The notes below the pieces were generated by a model. It saw only the letters and a list, made by a program, of their open reading frames with translations. It did not search any database and was not told the DNA's origin. Both the position numbers and the translations under genes were made by a program. Positions 25,338 to 38,266 of a DNA stretch of 64,000 nt are shown one piece after another. Numbering within the stretch: position 1 is the first letter of the stretch; every line of letters starts with the position of its first letter. Source of the stretch: Octopus bimaculoides (lineage: Eukaryota). The stretch is from the NCBI RefSeq assembly GCF_001194135.2, contig NC_068999.1, positions 2,738,540-2,802,539 of the forward strand, read 5' to 3'.

Positions 25338-26433
25338 GTAAATATTCTCTTCCAGTTCTGTTGAATTACAATGTCTAACAAGATTTTTGTCCTTGGGTAA
25401 CAACTGTTACCTCCTATTTGCTGATCCCTAGAAAGAATGAAAAATGGCTAATGTTTCCTTCAAACTGCTTTTGTTATGATATCTATTCAAACCCCAAAGA
25501 ATCCCTCTCAACACATGGCTATGATGCTCCCCCACTACTCCTGCTCATCATCGGGGATGCACATATTGTTAGCCACTAAGGGACATGCTCAGGTGGTTAA
25601 GGTCAAGCAACTGACAAGCAAGTCTGTGGTTTTGAGCAGAATATTTGCTATAACGATATTTCTGCTTCAGCAACTCAGTGCTGAATCTGTTTGAAATGTA
25701 ATGGAAAACAGGTCAGTTTCAGAACATTGATGTCCAGGTCACAAAAGCATAGTTTGAAGGGAATAAAAGTCATTTCTTTTGATTTCTAGATAGAAGCAAA
25801 TTAGAAATAACACTTACTGGTAAAGACAAAAAAAAAAAAAACGAAAAAAGTTTTGTCTCACGATGTTATAATTAATTGCTTATAGCTGTTATTGATTCAT
25901 GTTCTCTTTAGTGGCTCTGACGAAAAGAGGTTCTGTTGTTGTGTGAGAGAGTCAAGAAGTCTAACAGAATCATCCCAGCTGTTCAAGATAAGAAAATCGA
26001 AATAGTACCACATAAGATATTTAAATAATTCTATCAGTTGTAATGTTAATTAAATAATCTATGACTTATTTCTACTGTTCAAAGTCTTCTGTTACATTTT
26101 TTACTGCTTTGTTTGACACACAAAAAGTTAAAGCATTTTTAGTAAACCATGTTCAGCTCTTGCTCAAATTCCTTTTCTTAATTTTAATTTTTCTTGTTTC
26201 GCTCTAAAGTCATTCATTTTGCCCATTCTGTAGCTCTATATAAAGGGGCAAGAAATATTCAGCATAAGAGACCCAATTACAATCGTCAGGTGTCTAGCTA
26301 ACAGCTATCCATTTTCATCTTCCTTATAAATTCCACGATAGGTTCTTTCTTGTAGTTTATCTTCTAAACCAATGTTTTTTTTCTAAAAGCATTTTAATAA
26401 AAATACATTTTTTAAATGTTTGTGATTTCTCAG

Positions 26434-26572
26434 GTTTCTTGCTACTAAAAGAACTGAAGGAATTTCTACAACAGATATCATTGCTCGTATCATAAAAGAC
26501 TACGATATGTATGTACGGAGAAACTTGTCCAGAGGTTATACTGCTAAAGAGTTAAATGTTGGTTTCATGAAG
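26434..26572 (+). CDS. PCYT1: PCYT1 exon 6 ([46 protein letters not shown])
   Basis: RTEGIST motif; phase 2 to 0. Confidence 0.97.
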
Positions 26573-27399
26573 GTGGGTCCAGCAGGCTTCTATTCGTTTC
26601 CTTCTTTGTGGTAGTTTTCTTTGCTGCTGTTTTTTTATACATATTTCCTTAGAGAATCAGAGAGGTGGAGTATGCTGTCAGAGGTGACGATGGTGGTGGT
26701 GGTGGTGGTTGGGAGGATGTAAAGCTAATAGTTGAGCTCCATTCCTGACCTAAATGGCAAGAACCAACAACATCATCATCAGCATCATCACCATCATCAT
26801 CATCATCAACCACATACACGAAGCAGTGTACACTAAGACCATCGTTTTATAGTGAGACAACACCATTATCAACACTAGCCAACACTCAACACCTCCACCA
26901 CTCTGTATACATTAACCTCAACACACCACAAACATCTATACCATTACTCAATACCTACAATAAACACTCAGGACGTAGGGAGTGAGGCTGCTTGACGATT
27001 ACTTGGTGCTAATTGATTCTCTAACTGGGCCCCAGTTAGAATTTTCTTCAGGTTGAGTAGTCCAACCCACTCAAAAAGTCCCTGAATAAGAGTTGTTTAA
27101 GGATGATGAATGAAACATCCATGTCTCCTGAGAAGAATTATTCAAACCTCAAAGACTTCCTCTCAACCCATGGCTATGATGCTCCCCGATGACTCCGGCT
27201 CCTGATCAGATGCACATATCGTCAGCCACCAAGGGATATGCTCAACTGGTTACGGTCAAACGAATGACAAGCAAATCTGTGGTATTGAGCAGAATATTAA
27301 ATACTAAATAACCGAGTAACTTCTACAATATTACACACATCCCACTTAATAATATATGGTTTATATTTTCTATATTTTTTTGTTTTGTTTTAATTTCAG

Positions 27400-27567
27400 G
27401 AAAAGAAGATCCAATTTGAAGATAGATATGGCAAGCTGAAAGACAAAGGCAAGTCATTAAGGAGAGGCTTCATGGATAAAGGAGGAGAATTACTTCATAA
27501 ATGGGAGGAGAAATCGAAAGAATTCATTGGCAATTTTTTGGACCTTTTTGGCAGAGACGGCAAAATT
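27400..27567 (+). CDS. PCYT1: PCYT1 exon 7, membrane-binding domain M (EKKIQFEDRYGKLKDKGKSLRRGFMDKGGELLHKWEEKSKEFIGNFLDLFGRDGKI)
   Basis: KWEEKSxEFIGxFLxLFG motif; tttcag| acceptor and |gtaaga donor. Confidence 0.95.
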
Positions 27568-27799
27568 GTAAGAAAGCTAAATTATTTCCCTTTTTACAGT
27601 TTTTAATGGAAAGATGCAAGAATTGGAATATTTTTGCATCCGTTGTGCTTTGGGTTGGGTCGGTTGCCACAGCCTCAGTTATTTCTTATTTAGAGTTAAG
27701 TGGAATAAATTAAATAATACCTGGTAAAATAGTTATTGTAATTAAATTAAAATTTTCGGTTATTAAAGAGAAGTAATTAAAATGGAGATAACTTAGAAC

Positions 27800-28235
27800 T
27801 AGTTGTTGCCTCAGTGAGGCCCAATGTTCGAAGGTCGTGCTTCACCACCTCATCCCAGGTCTTCCTGGGTCTACCTCTTCCACATGTTACCTCTACTGCT
27901 AGGGTGTGACACTTTTTCANNNNNNNNNNTCCCAGGTCTTCCTGGGTCTACCTCTTCCACATGTTACCTCTACTGCTAGGGTGTGACACTTTTTCACACA
28001 GCTGTCCTCATCCATTCGCAACACGTGACCATACCAGCACAGTCATCTCTCTTGCACACCTCATCTGATGCTTCTTAAATCCAACTTTTCTCTCAGGGCG
28101 CTTACACTCTGTCTTGTATACACAATGACATTACACATCCAGCGGAGCATACTGGCTTCATTCCTTGCAAGCTTACGCATGTCCACAGCAGTCACGGCCC
28201 ATGTTTCACTGCCATGTAGCATAGCTGTTCGTACA
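27800..28235 (-). mobile_element. RTE LINE C-terminal fragment in the last PCYT1 intron
   Basis: WYGHVLRMDEDSCVKKC...GRGRPRKTWDEVVKHDLRTLGLTEA, homologous to 710-843. Confidence 0.88.
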
Positions 28236-28656
28236 CGTAATTACATAATGTGTGTGTGTGTGTGTGTGTNNNNNNNNNNNNNNNNNNNNNNNNNNNNNNN
28301 NNNNNNNNNNNNNNNNNNNNNNNNNNNNNNNNNNNNNNNNNNNNNNNNNNNNNNNNNNNNNNNNNNNNNNNNNNNNNNNNNNNNNNNNNNNNNNNNNNNN
28401 NNNNNNNNNNNNNNNNNNNNNNNNNNNNNNNNNNNNNNNNNNNNNNNNNNNNNNNNNNNNNNNNNNNNNNNNNNNNNNNNNNNNNNNNNNNNNNNNNNNN
28501 NNNNNNNNNNNNNNNNNNNNNNNNNNNNNNNNNNNNNNNNNNNNNNNNNNNNNNNNNNNNNNNNNNNNNNNNNNNNNNNNNNNNNNNNNNNNNNNNNNNN
28601 NNNNNNNNNNNNNNNNNNNNNNNNNNNNNNNNNNNNNNNNNNNNNNNNNNNNNNNN

Positions 28657-28697
28657 ATCCGTTGTCGGACTCTGAAGAAGACCAAGAAGAAATGTAA
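28657..28697 (+). CDS. PCYT1: PCYT1 last exon, visible 3' end only (PLSDSEEDQEEM*)
   Basis: Acidic Ser-containing tail like the CCT C-terminus; the 5' part is hidden in the N gap 28270-28656; AATAAA follows at ~28731 and ~29092. Confidence 0.65.
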
Positions 28698-29988
28698 CTT
28701 ATTTTTATTCTCTCAAAAAACAGCAGCAAAAATAAAAAATGCTTTTTTTAAAAAAGAAAAATTTCAAAATGATAACAGCCTTTCATCAGATCTGTTGCAA
28801 TCTGTCACCAGTTTTGGTTGATCTATTTATATTAAGTAGTAAAAAGGTTGAATAAGGGAATTAAAGATATTTTAGTTGGGTGCATATATATATATATATA
28901 TGCTTGCAAGGATTAAATACTGACGGAGGGTACACATAACTGATTAAATGGTTGGTTCCATATTTTATTGTTAACCCCCTTTTGATATAAACCTGCCAGT
29001 GATTGCCTCACACTCATATATATGAAAAAATGGAAAAAAAAAAACTTCTTGTTTTATATTATTTACTTTTCAGTTGTAATTTTATGTGACAATAAAAAAA
29101 AAACAACTTTTAAGTTATATTCCAAACACCAGCTTAACAATGACAGTGATGTATTTAACTAAATCTCTCCAAATTATTCGTTATTTTCAAAATTAAACTG
29201 AAACACAGTGAGTGTATTTCATTAGAGAAAGAGATATGAAAGGGTTACGTTGAGAAAGGATCATGTCATGAAAGGATCAAGGTTCATGTTGTGAAAGGGT
29301 CATATTTTGAAAGGGCTATGTTGTGTTGTGTTTGTAAACTATCGATTTGCAAGTCTTTGACATTTTAAACTATTAAATTAAATATCATTTTTAAATCAAA
29401 TAGAATTTTCCTTTTTTGATGTTTGAAATTATATTTTACCCATTCTGGCAATATTTAGTTCTATTTTCCTCAACTTGGCCATTCTTTTTCTAGAGTTCTG
29501 TCAAATATTTGGATCAGTTTTTCTTGCTTTCTTTAAAAGAACCAAAACAACATCTATTCTTGGCTCTCTAATTCTCTTTCTACTATTTTATGGTTTCACG
29601 TACATCACATGATAGACAACAGAACTAAACTTAAGCAACATTAAACAATTCTAGACAAGGAAACCAGAATGAAGACCCTATCTTCCTACAGGAAATATAA
29701 CAATTTTCATCCGCTTCAAACATTTTTTCCCAAATTCAAACTCTGTGTGTGTGTGTGTGTATACACATAGTCTTTCTGTTGGTTGATTTTTAAAATATTT
29801 TTTTTAGTGTGTTAAACTATTAAATAGGATTAAGTTTTAACCTGCTGAGTTATAAGTTCTAATCTCGCCAGGTCTTATGCCTCTCATCTCTTCAGGGTTA
29901 ATAAGGTAAGTAATTGAAATATTTAAACTAATTTAATTCAATATATCCTTCCTCTCCATTGGCCTTAATGCCAATGTAAGCAATTATA

Positions 29989-30029
<41 letters not shown>

Positions 30030-30032
<3 letters not shown>

Positions 30033-30665
30033 GGTAGCAAGCTTGCAGAATTGTTAGCACGCTGAGCAAAATGATTAGTGGCATTTCATCAGTCATTACG
30101 TTCTGAGTTCAAATTCCACTGAGGTCGACTTTGTCTTTCATCCTTTCAGGGTCGATAAATCAAGTACCAGTTGCATACTGGGGTCAATCTAATTGACTGG
30201 CACCCTCCCCCACAATTTCGGCCCTTTTGCCTAGAGTAGAAAAGAATCGTTAGCACACCAGATAAAATGCTTAGCGGTATTTCGCCTGCCTTTATGTTCT
30301 GAGTTCAAATTCCACCAAGGCCAACTTTGTCTTTCATCCTTTTGGGGGTTGATAAAATAAGTACCAGTTGAGTACTGGGGTCAATGCAATTGACTTATCC
30401 CTCCTCCCCGAAATTGCTGGCCTTGTGTCAAAATTTGAAACCATTATTATTATTAAGGTGGTGAGCTGGCAGAATCATTAGCATGCTGGACGAAATGCTT
30501 AACTGTATTTCATCATTCCTTACATTCTGAGTCCAAATCCTACTAAGGTCGACTTCGACTTTCAGCCTTTTGGGGTTGAACAGTAAATACCAGTTATTCA
30601 CTGGAACGATTAACTCATCCTCTCTCTACAAAAGTTTTAGGCCTTGTGCTTATGATAGAAAGAAT
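30030..30665 (+). mobile_element. Three stacked SINE copies (same family as 9320-9930)
   Basis: Repeated ttctgagttcaaatt..gaggtcgactttg.ctttcatccttt.ggggtcgat core after an (ATT)n tract. Confidence 0.85.
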
Positions 30666-31311
30666 AATTATTTATTGCCATCAGTAAAGTCTTTTATGGC
30701 AATATTCTGTTTTAAATCTGTTTTATGACAACAGAACAAGAGAGATGTCACAGCACTGGAACAGTTGTAGCTTTATGCCTATCCCTTCTAAATATGATAA
30801 TTATTAACCCTTTAGCTTTATTTAATTGCTAATTTAAATTGTTTTGAATTAATCACGCATGATCTTGTGACTTTGAGATTTCAGTGATGTGATTGTAAAT
30901 TTCAACAGTTTGAACATAAAACTGGTAGAATATTTTGGGCCAGATATGGCCAGTTTAAATGCTAAAGGATTAAATCAGTTCAAATATATTTGGGATATAT
31001 TTTGACCTGTAAAAAAAAAAAGGCCATTTTCATTGTGGTTTGCCATGGAAAAAATTCTCACTTTAGGCAACAGGTGTTAAACAGCAACAGTCATCTCTAG
31101 GTACACTTGTAGATCAATAAATGCTTAGCTAGCTATTTGGCTATCATTAGTAACAGGTGCTATAAAAGAAAGACAGATGACTGCAGAAGAAGACTAAATT
31201 TTTTTTTTTTTATTGTATCGAGGGGGATTAATAAATGTTATTTTCAGATATGTGATATAGCAAAGCTTGTATTATTATTAGGGCTGTAATCTATAAAGAT
31301 GTGGCACTTAT

Positions 31312-31344
<33 letters not shown>

Positions 31345-31367
31345 TGTTTCTGATAATGCAATAGTAA

Positions 31368-31401
<34 letters not shown>

Positions 31402-34400
31402 TTTAGTAATAATAATGCTTTCTAGTATACAAGGCCTGAAATAATGATGATTAGCTGTAAAATAGCAATAAATTTGTTCCAGTCTTGTTTGCAACTTGAT
31501 TTTAATTTGTGGTTGAAGTTATTTCACTTAAGTTATATTAAATACTTTCAGAAAGGCATGACCATCTCTCTACCCTTATCTGAATCCTAGTCCAAGAGAA
31601 TTATTGGAAAGCATCATACGCAATTGTCACGACAGTTTAATCTCCTGTCCCGGTGGTCCATACTTCTCTACCTCATTTTCACAAACCTCATCACTTTGAC
31701 ACAAGTTTTCGTTTAGTGTCATCTAAGTTTGGTAAAGCTGAGACACACTCCGATCAGGAATTTCCATTTTCAATTTCTCACTTGGTTTTAATGGCTGTCA
31801 GTGAAGATTGATTCTGTAGATTTTTGATCTGGTAACTTTTGCCCAAGAGGAGAGCCTGATGCTTTTGGCAAGCCTTGAACCCTGGTTTTCTGAGCTAAGA
31901 CACAGTTCAGTATTATAAAATACTTAGCAAGGGCACAACTTCAAACCTTCTCTCTCTCTCATGTGTGTTTGTGTGTGTGTGTGTGTATGTATGTATGTAC
32001 AAGCGCGCGCGTGTGTGTGTGTGTGCATATTTAAATTCTCTCCCTTTCTCTCCTCTCCTCTTTCATATATTTTTACTGCCGAAATTTAAAGCAAACACTG
32101 TGAGAAGCATCAATTATCTGTCCTAATTAATGATTAATGCAGCCAATGAGACAAGTATTAACGAAGTATTTCAAATTCTCTGTTGAAAATATTAAACAAA
32201 TCTTAATAAATTTGATGGCAAGTTTTAGAGCTTTTTTAATCCCTTTCTGTTCTCGGCTCTCCTGAAGACACATAACCCTTAATATACATTCCCAACATAA
32301 GTTTGTGCACTCAATGAATACTCCAAGGGATCCAATAGGGATTTAGTAACAAAATCAAATCTGTTTTGTTCCCAGTTTTAAGGTTTTGAACCACTCTGCA
32401 ATAGGTTTCTGCCAGAGAATTAATCTCTCGGATCATCTTCAATCTAAAATCCATTCAGAATCATTGAAATTTAGCTTAAATCAAACAAGCTTTTTTAGTT
32501 CTTATTTATTTTCTGGTTAGAATATAATGGAAACTAGACTGGCATATCAAGTCTCACTGCAGTTTCTACACAATGCAAAGCATATTAATGTTTACTTTGA
32601 TTGAGGAACAATTCTTCCTGTTGGAATATAAGATAAAAGCAATAAGGAAAACATTCTTCTTCCCTCCCAAGATTTAGTAAAGATTTTTTTTTTTTATATT
32701 CTAACACCAAAACTATTTTGTATTTGATTATTTGCCTCATGCAATCCTCCAATGACCAATGTCAAAATGTGTGTGTGTGTAAATATATATAAATGTGTGT
32801 GTGAGTGGATGTGTATTTCTATACCAAAAAATACAAAAACCTAATTTTGTATCAAAATTACAAGTTATTACCTAATGGCTGGCTTTATTAATTTTAGCAA
32901 TGCAAAATAATTATTTGTGAAGACAGAACCAAATGAATTGCAGACTTAGCATTTGTTTCCAATGTCTCACCTTTCTGTCTGCTTCCAACACCTCCCACCC
33001 CCATCACCACCATTCCAGTGCCAAGGTTTACCATATTTTATTATTTTATTATTCCAATGCTTCAAAGCTTTTTTGTATTTTTCCTGTTCTTTTACTTAAG
33101 AAAACATTAGCAAGCCTTTTATAATGAATTATTAAATATTGATTAAAGAATCAATTGCCTTAAATTGGGTTTAACGATAGATTAATTGGCTTCTGTAATG
33201 GTTTGGACCTCTGTTTCAAAAATGGCGCGGAGTGGGGGTTAAAATGATTTTTTTTTTTTTTTGTGAATGCTAAGCAACAGTTAACATTGAAATAACAAAT
33301 GTTATGTCATTAATTCCTGTCTTTTGAAGTCTGCCAGTTCTGGGGTAGACAAATCTTTAAACTGGAGCACAGCATTGATGTGACGGAGTATGGGGTTAAT
33401 TCTTTAGCTTCCGATCCATCTTGATCGAGCAGACCTCTATGACCAACAACCTTTATTCAGTGTATCGAGGACTTCCTGTTTCAACACAGGTATAACTCGA
33501 ACGAGATTTGGTTGCTGTTTCTAGCAGCCAAGCAATCCTGTAGAAGCTCTCTTGACTGCTTGCTAATTGTAGCAATGGTCTAGTCTAACCCCAGCGACTT
33601 GAAAGACAAACATTGTATACAAAGAGTTGATACAATGATTTGAAAGTGCTGAGTGATTGGAGAGAATTTCTTTGAATCTGAAAGCGGTTTCAGGAGCAAT
33701 GATAGTGTCTGTAGGAGAATCTTAATGTTGTGGGGCTTTTTTTTTTTTTTTTTTTAGATTATCCTCATTTCCAGAACTCTGGTTTCAATCTTAGGTATAT
33801 ATTCTGTGCTGAATCAAAATAATTACAGTTGGGGATTTCAAGAACCTAAATAGCATTTTTCTTGGGTCAACTACAGAATATTGTTTATCCAACCTAGTTT
33901 TTAAAAATGCTCTTAGTTACAGGGAAAGAAGTTCTTGCTGTTAAGAATGTATCTTGAAGAATTTATACAGCCCAAAGGTTTTTCTTATAATGAATTGATC
34001 TTTAATTAGTGAGCAATATTCTTGATTTTTGTCAAGAAATTGTTTGTAGAAATCTGCTCCCAAAATGATAATCCTCATAATTAGTGAAGCTACTTGTAGG
34101 CTGAGTAGAATTTAATGATGAGATTCTAGACGTATCTCTGATAGTTTTAATTCTCAGTGAAAACAGTTTCAATCTATTTTAACTTCTAATGTTGTTGGGA
34201 ATCAACATTCCTCCTCTTTGAATTTCTGCTGCTGATATAAGAAATGATGCAATTTCATTGACTTGGCTTCACTGAAACTGTAGCGTAGATATAGGAGGAT
34301 ATCTTGCACAGAAAAGCCTTTATTATGTTTTAAGCCTTTTTTAGAAAATGGTTAGTTTCTGGTGAAATATAGCTTGAATTGTTTTTAATCATTAACTAAA

Positions 34401-35149
34401 GAATATAGCTATCCAGAATTGGCAAATGGTGAAAGGAATGTTCTTATAATTCAGAAAGTAAATTCTTTCTTGATCGCTCTTTGACATTGGTATCAGATCT
34501 TTAGTTTCTATTTTCCAAAAATGATATTTTGAAGCAAATTAAAATGTGAAATTTTATTTTATTTCAGTTTCTAACTGATTCCACTGGATGGTATTTGGCA
34601 TCCAGTCAAAGATGCCTCTAATTTCATAAAGATATTCTCTATATTCTCTCTCTCTCTCACAGCTATTCTCTCTCTATGATTGTTGTATATATTTCTAAGT
34701 AATAAATTATTTCAAAACAAATCTGATTTTTGTTTATTTTTCAAATATTTCGGTCTCACTGAATGACTGGTTATGATCTGCTTTGCCGAGGCTGTCTGTA
34801 TATCAAAGACACTCAACACTTGCTGGCTCAGTTTGCAAATTGTCAATAAGTACCATGAGTACTTAGAGAGGAAACGCAATGTTGTATCTTACAGATAGGA
34901 TAACACAAGATGCAGGCCATCAAAATATAAGAGCATAGGAAATGAGACATTCATATAAGATGATAAACTACTGTTCCAAGGGCTGGGAGCTTCCATGGGT
35001 TTGGTTAATGTAACAAATTACTGTGGCATAGATTTCCTTGAATCTTTTGTGATGTTAGGAGTTACTAGATTTTGGTAAGTACCAGTTGATTACTGGGGGG
35101 GAGTTCAATGTAATTGACTTACCCCCATCCCTATAATTACTGGCCTTGT

Positions 35150-35505
35150 GGCACACTCCATCAGTTACGACGACGAGGGTTCCAGTTGATCTGATCAACG
35201 GAACAGCCTGCTTGTGAAATTAACGTGCAAGTGGCTGAGCGCTCCACAGACACGTGTACCCTTAACGTAGTTCTCGGGGCGAGTCAGCATGACACAGAAT
35301 GTGACAAGGCTGGCCCTTTGTAATGCAGGTACAACAGAAACAGGAAGAAAGTTGTGGTGAAAGAATTCAGCAGGGTTCGCCACAATCCCCTGCCGGAGCC
35401 TCGTGGCGCTTTAGGCGTTTTCGCTCAATAAACACTCACAACGCCCGGTCTGGGAATCGAAACTGTAAGTCCACTGCCCTAACCACTGGGCCATTGCACC
35501 TCCAC
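35150..35505 (-). mobile_element. tRNA-headed SINE (~355 bp) nested in another SINE with an 11-bp TSD
   Basis: Near-identical to 37445-37820(+); TSD actggccttgt at 35139-35149 and 35506-35516. Confidence 0.85.
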
Positions 35506-35539
35506 ACTGGCCTTGTACCATAATTAGAAACCATTATTA

Positions 35540-35862
35540 CAATGGTGTGGATTAGTGGTTAGGGGCATTCGGCTCTCGATCGTAAAGTCGTGAGTTCCAT
35601 TCCCGACGACGCGTTGTGTCTTTGAACAAGACACTTTTATTGCACGTTGTTCCAGTCCACTCAGCTGGCAAAAATGAATAGTACCTGTATTTCAAAGGGC
35701 CGGCCTTGTCACACCTTGTGTCACGCTGAATCGCCCTGAGAACTACGTTAAAAGTACACGTGTCTGTGGAGTGCTCAGCTACGTGCACGTTAATTTCACG
35801 AAGAAGCTATTCCGTTGATCGTATCAGCTGGGACCCTCGTCGTCGTAACCGATGGAGTGCTC
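35540..35862 (+). mobile_element. tRNA-headed SINE with a CORE-like body sharing its 3' half with the 35150 element; related copy at ~63135-63385(-)
   Basis: A/B-box-like head, gtgtctttgaacaagacac body, shared 3' tail ...ggaccctcgtcgtcgtaaccgatggagtg. Confidence 0.8.
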
Positions 35863-36974
35863 CTATCAGTGATGTAGGATATTGATCAGTTATAGTATAA
35901 AACACCAGGGAATAACCAATTTCAGAGCTGGTAGTTGCAAATTAGAATTGAAAGTATGGACAGAACTAACAAACAAACATCCCATCCACTTAAAACTTTA
36001 AAAGCAGGAATATATTTCAGTATATAACTGAACACTTCTCAGGGATTGGTAACTGGCAATTCATCCCACCAATCCTTGCAAGTATCTTAGATTTACTTCT
36101 GGGTCAATTAATATCCAAGATATCTGATTCACAAAATATAAACAAAAGGTGAGAAGGGTGACAAGAAAAAAAAAACCTGACAAATAACAGTCAAAGGGAG
36201 ATAATTCTTTCACTAATTTTTATCTGTCCTTTTTCAGTAAGGTAGGACCATATTCTCTACTTGAATGGAGAAAACGATCTTTTGACCTCTTCTACTCTAG
36301 TTTGGGGCACACACAACAGAAAGACTACAAATGCAAAGCCTCACAGCTTCTTCTGATGCCACATAAATAACACAGCTAAAGCTGCAACCCTGAAAACTGG
36401 CCTTCCTCTTCAAAGTTAGCCAATTCTTCAGCTCCTGAGACCTGCCAATCAGACAGTTCTGCAATTAAACGTTTAGTTCCAAGACATCCGTTTGATTGAT
36501 TGGCAAAATATCATTACCAGTGCTTGGCAACCTTCCGGCCCTTCTTTACTCGTTTCAGCCATTAGACTCCGACCAATGCTGGGACACCGCCTTGAAGAAT
36601 TTTAATTGAATGAATCGACCCATGTGGTTATTATTATTATTATTATAGCTTAGTACTTACTCTATCGGTCTCTTTTGCCGAACCGCTAGACTACGGGTAC
36701 GTAAATACACCAACACCGGTTGTCAAACAGTGAAACACACCCGTGTGCACGCACGTGAGTGTGTGTTTATGTTGTTTACATTCAGTGGTATTGATATACC
36801 GTTACGAAACAGTTTGAGAAATGTATATTGAGAAAACAAGTCCCAAACTTACAAATCATTACTGAGGTTGATATGCTTGTTTAAACCGTTAAAGGTGGTG
36901 CTCCAGCATGGCCACAATCTAATTAGCGGCATTGTAAATTAATTTTAATAAATCTGCATACTACTACTACTACT

Positions 36975-37820
36975 ACTACTACTGATAGTCCTTTCTATTA
37001 TAGGCAGAAGGCATGAAATTTTTTCAGGGGAGGGCGATTGTCGATTATATCGATCCCAGTGTTCAACTGTTCCTTATTTTATCGACCCCCGAAACGATGA
37101 AAAAGAAAGTGAACCTCGGTAGAATTTCAACTCTGGACGTTAAGAGTCGTAAGAAATATCGCTAAGTGTTTTGTCCGGCGTGCTAACGATTAGGCCAGCT
37201 CACCGCGTTAATAACGGTTTCAAATTTTGGCACAAGGCCAGAAATTTCGGGGGAGGGTGTAAATCGATTATTTTGATCCTCAGTATTTGACTGGTACTTG
37301 TTTTAACGACACCGAAAGGATAGTCGACCATGGCGGAATTTGAACTCAGGACGTAAAGAGTCTTACGAAATACCGTTAGGTATTTTGCCAGACNNNNNNN
37401 NNNNNNNNNNNNNNNNNNNNNNNNNNNNNNNNNNNNNNNNNNNTGGAGGCGCAATGGCCCAGTGGTTAGGGCAGCGGACTCGCGGTCGTGATTTCGATTC
37501 CCGAACCGGACGTTGTGAGTGTTTATTGAGCGAAAACACCTAAAGCTCCACGAGGTTCCGGCAGGGGGTGGTGACGAACCCTGCTGTACTCTTTCACCAC
37601 AACTTTCTCTCACTCTTACTTCCTGTTTCTGTTGTGCCTGTAATTCAAAGGGTCAGCCTTGTCACACTGTGTCACGTTGAATATCCCCGAGAACTACATT
37701 AAGGGTACAACGTGTTTGTGGAGTGCTCAGCCACTTGCACGTTAATCTCACGAGCAGGCTGTTCCGTTGGTCGGGTCAACTGGAACCCTCGACGTCGTCG
37801 TAACCGACGGAGTGCCAGCA
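36975..37820. mobile_element. SINE cluster (two minus-strand copies plus a plus-strand tRNA-headed SINE at 37445-37820)
   Basis: Sequence shared with the copies described above. Confidence 0.8.
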
Positions 37821-37908
37821 ACAACTATATTGTATACAACCGTCACTGATATCAACAACTGATCTCCCTTGACAACAGCGACGACTACTTCCGTATCCGG
37901 TTTTCTAT

Positions 37909-37931
37909 ATCATGTGAATGGTCACGTGATC
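37909..37931 (+). promoter_or_regulatory. M-box (TCATGTGA) plus CLEAR/E-box (GTCACGTGAT) upstream of ATP6AP2
   Basis: Two MiT/TFE-type E-boxes 14-35 nt upstream of the ATG; ETS-like acttccg at ~37887. Confidence 0.65.
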
Positions 37932-37944
37932 ATTACTCTCCAAA

Positions 37945-37975
37945 ATGTCTTCGACTCGATTCTTCCGCTCTTCAG
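37945..37975 (+). CDS. ATP6AP2: ATP6AP2 exon 1 (MSSTRFFRSS+1 nt)
   Basis: caaaATG context, cag|gtaatt donor; phase 1 matches exon 2 to build a signal peptide. Confidence 0.8.
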
Positions 37976-38226
37976 GTAATTAACGACGAATTTAATGATT
38001 TTTTTTTACCGCTAATTAACAATCAATGCCTGATGTATATTCCACCTTTCATACGAGAAAGAATGTTTAAACTCTTGTAGAAAGGCTGTCGTTTGAAATA
38101 TTAACAATGGTTTAGAGCCAAAGGAGGGTGTTACCTTCACCTCCACCACTGGCCTCGCTTCATTAAATTACAGCTACACACACACACACACACACANNNN
38201 NNNNNNNNNNNNNNNNNNNNNNNNNN

Positions 38227-38266
<40 letters not shown>

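Noticed and set aside
31630-31900. Coding-like minus-strand stretch (also 36350-36520)
   Set aside because: Every frame is interrupted by stops and no family or exon chain could be built.
35540-35610. tRNA genes at SINE heads (also 37445-37510, 53452-53520)
   Set aside because: A/B-box-like heads run directly into SINE bodies and do not close a cloverleaf.
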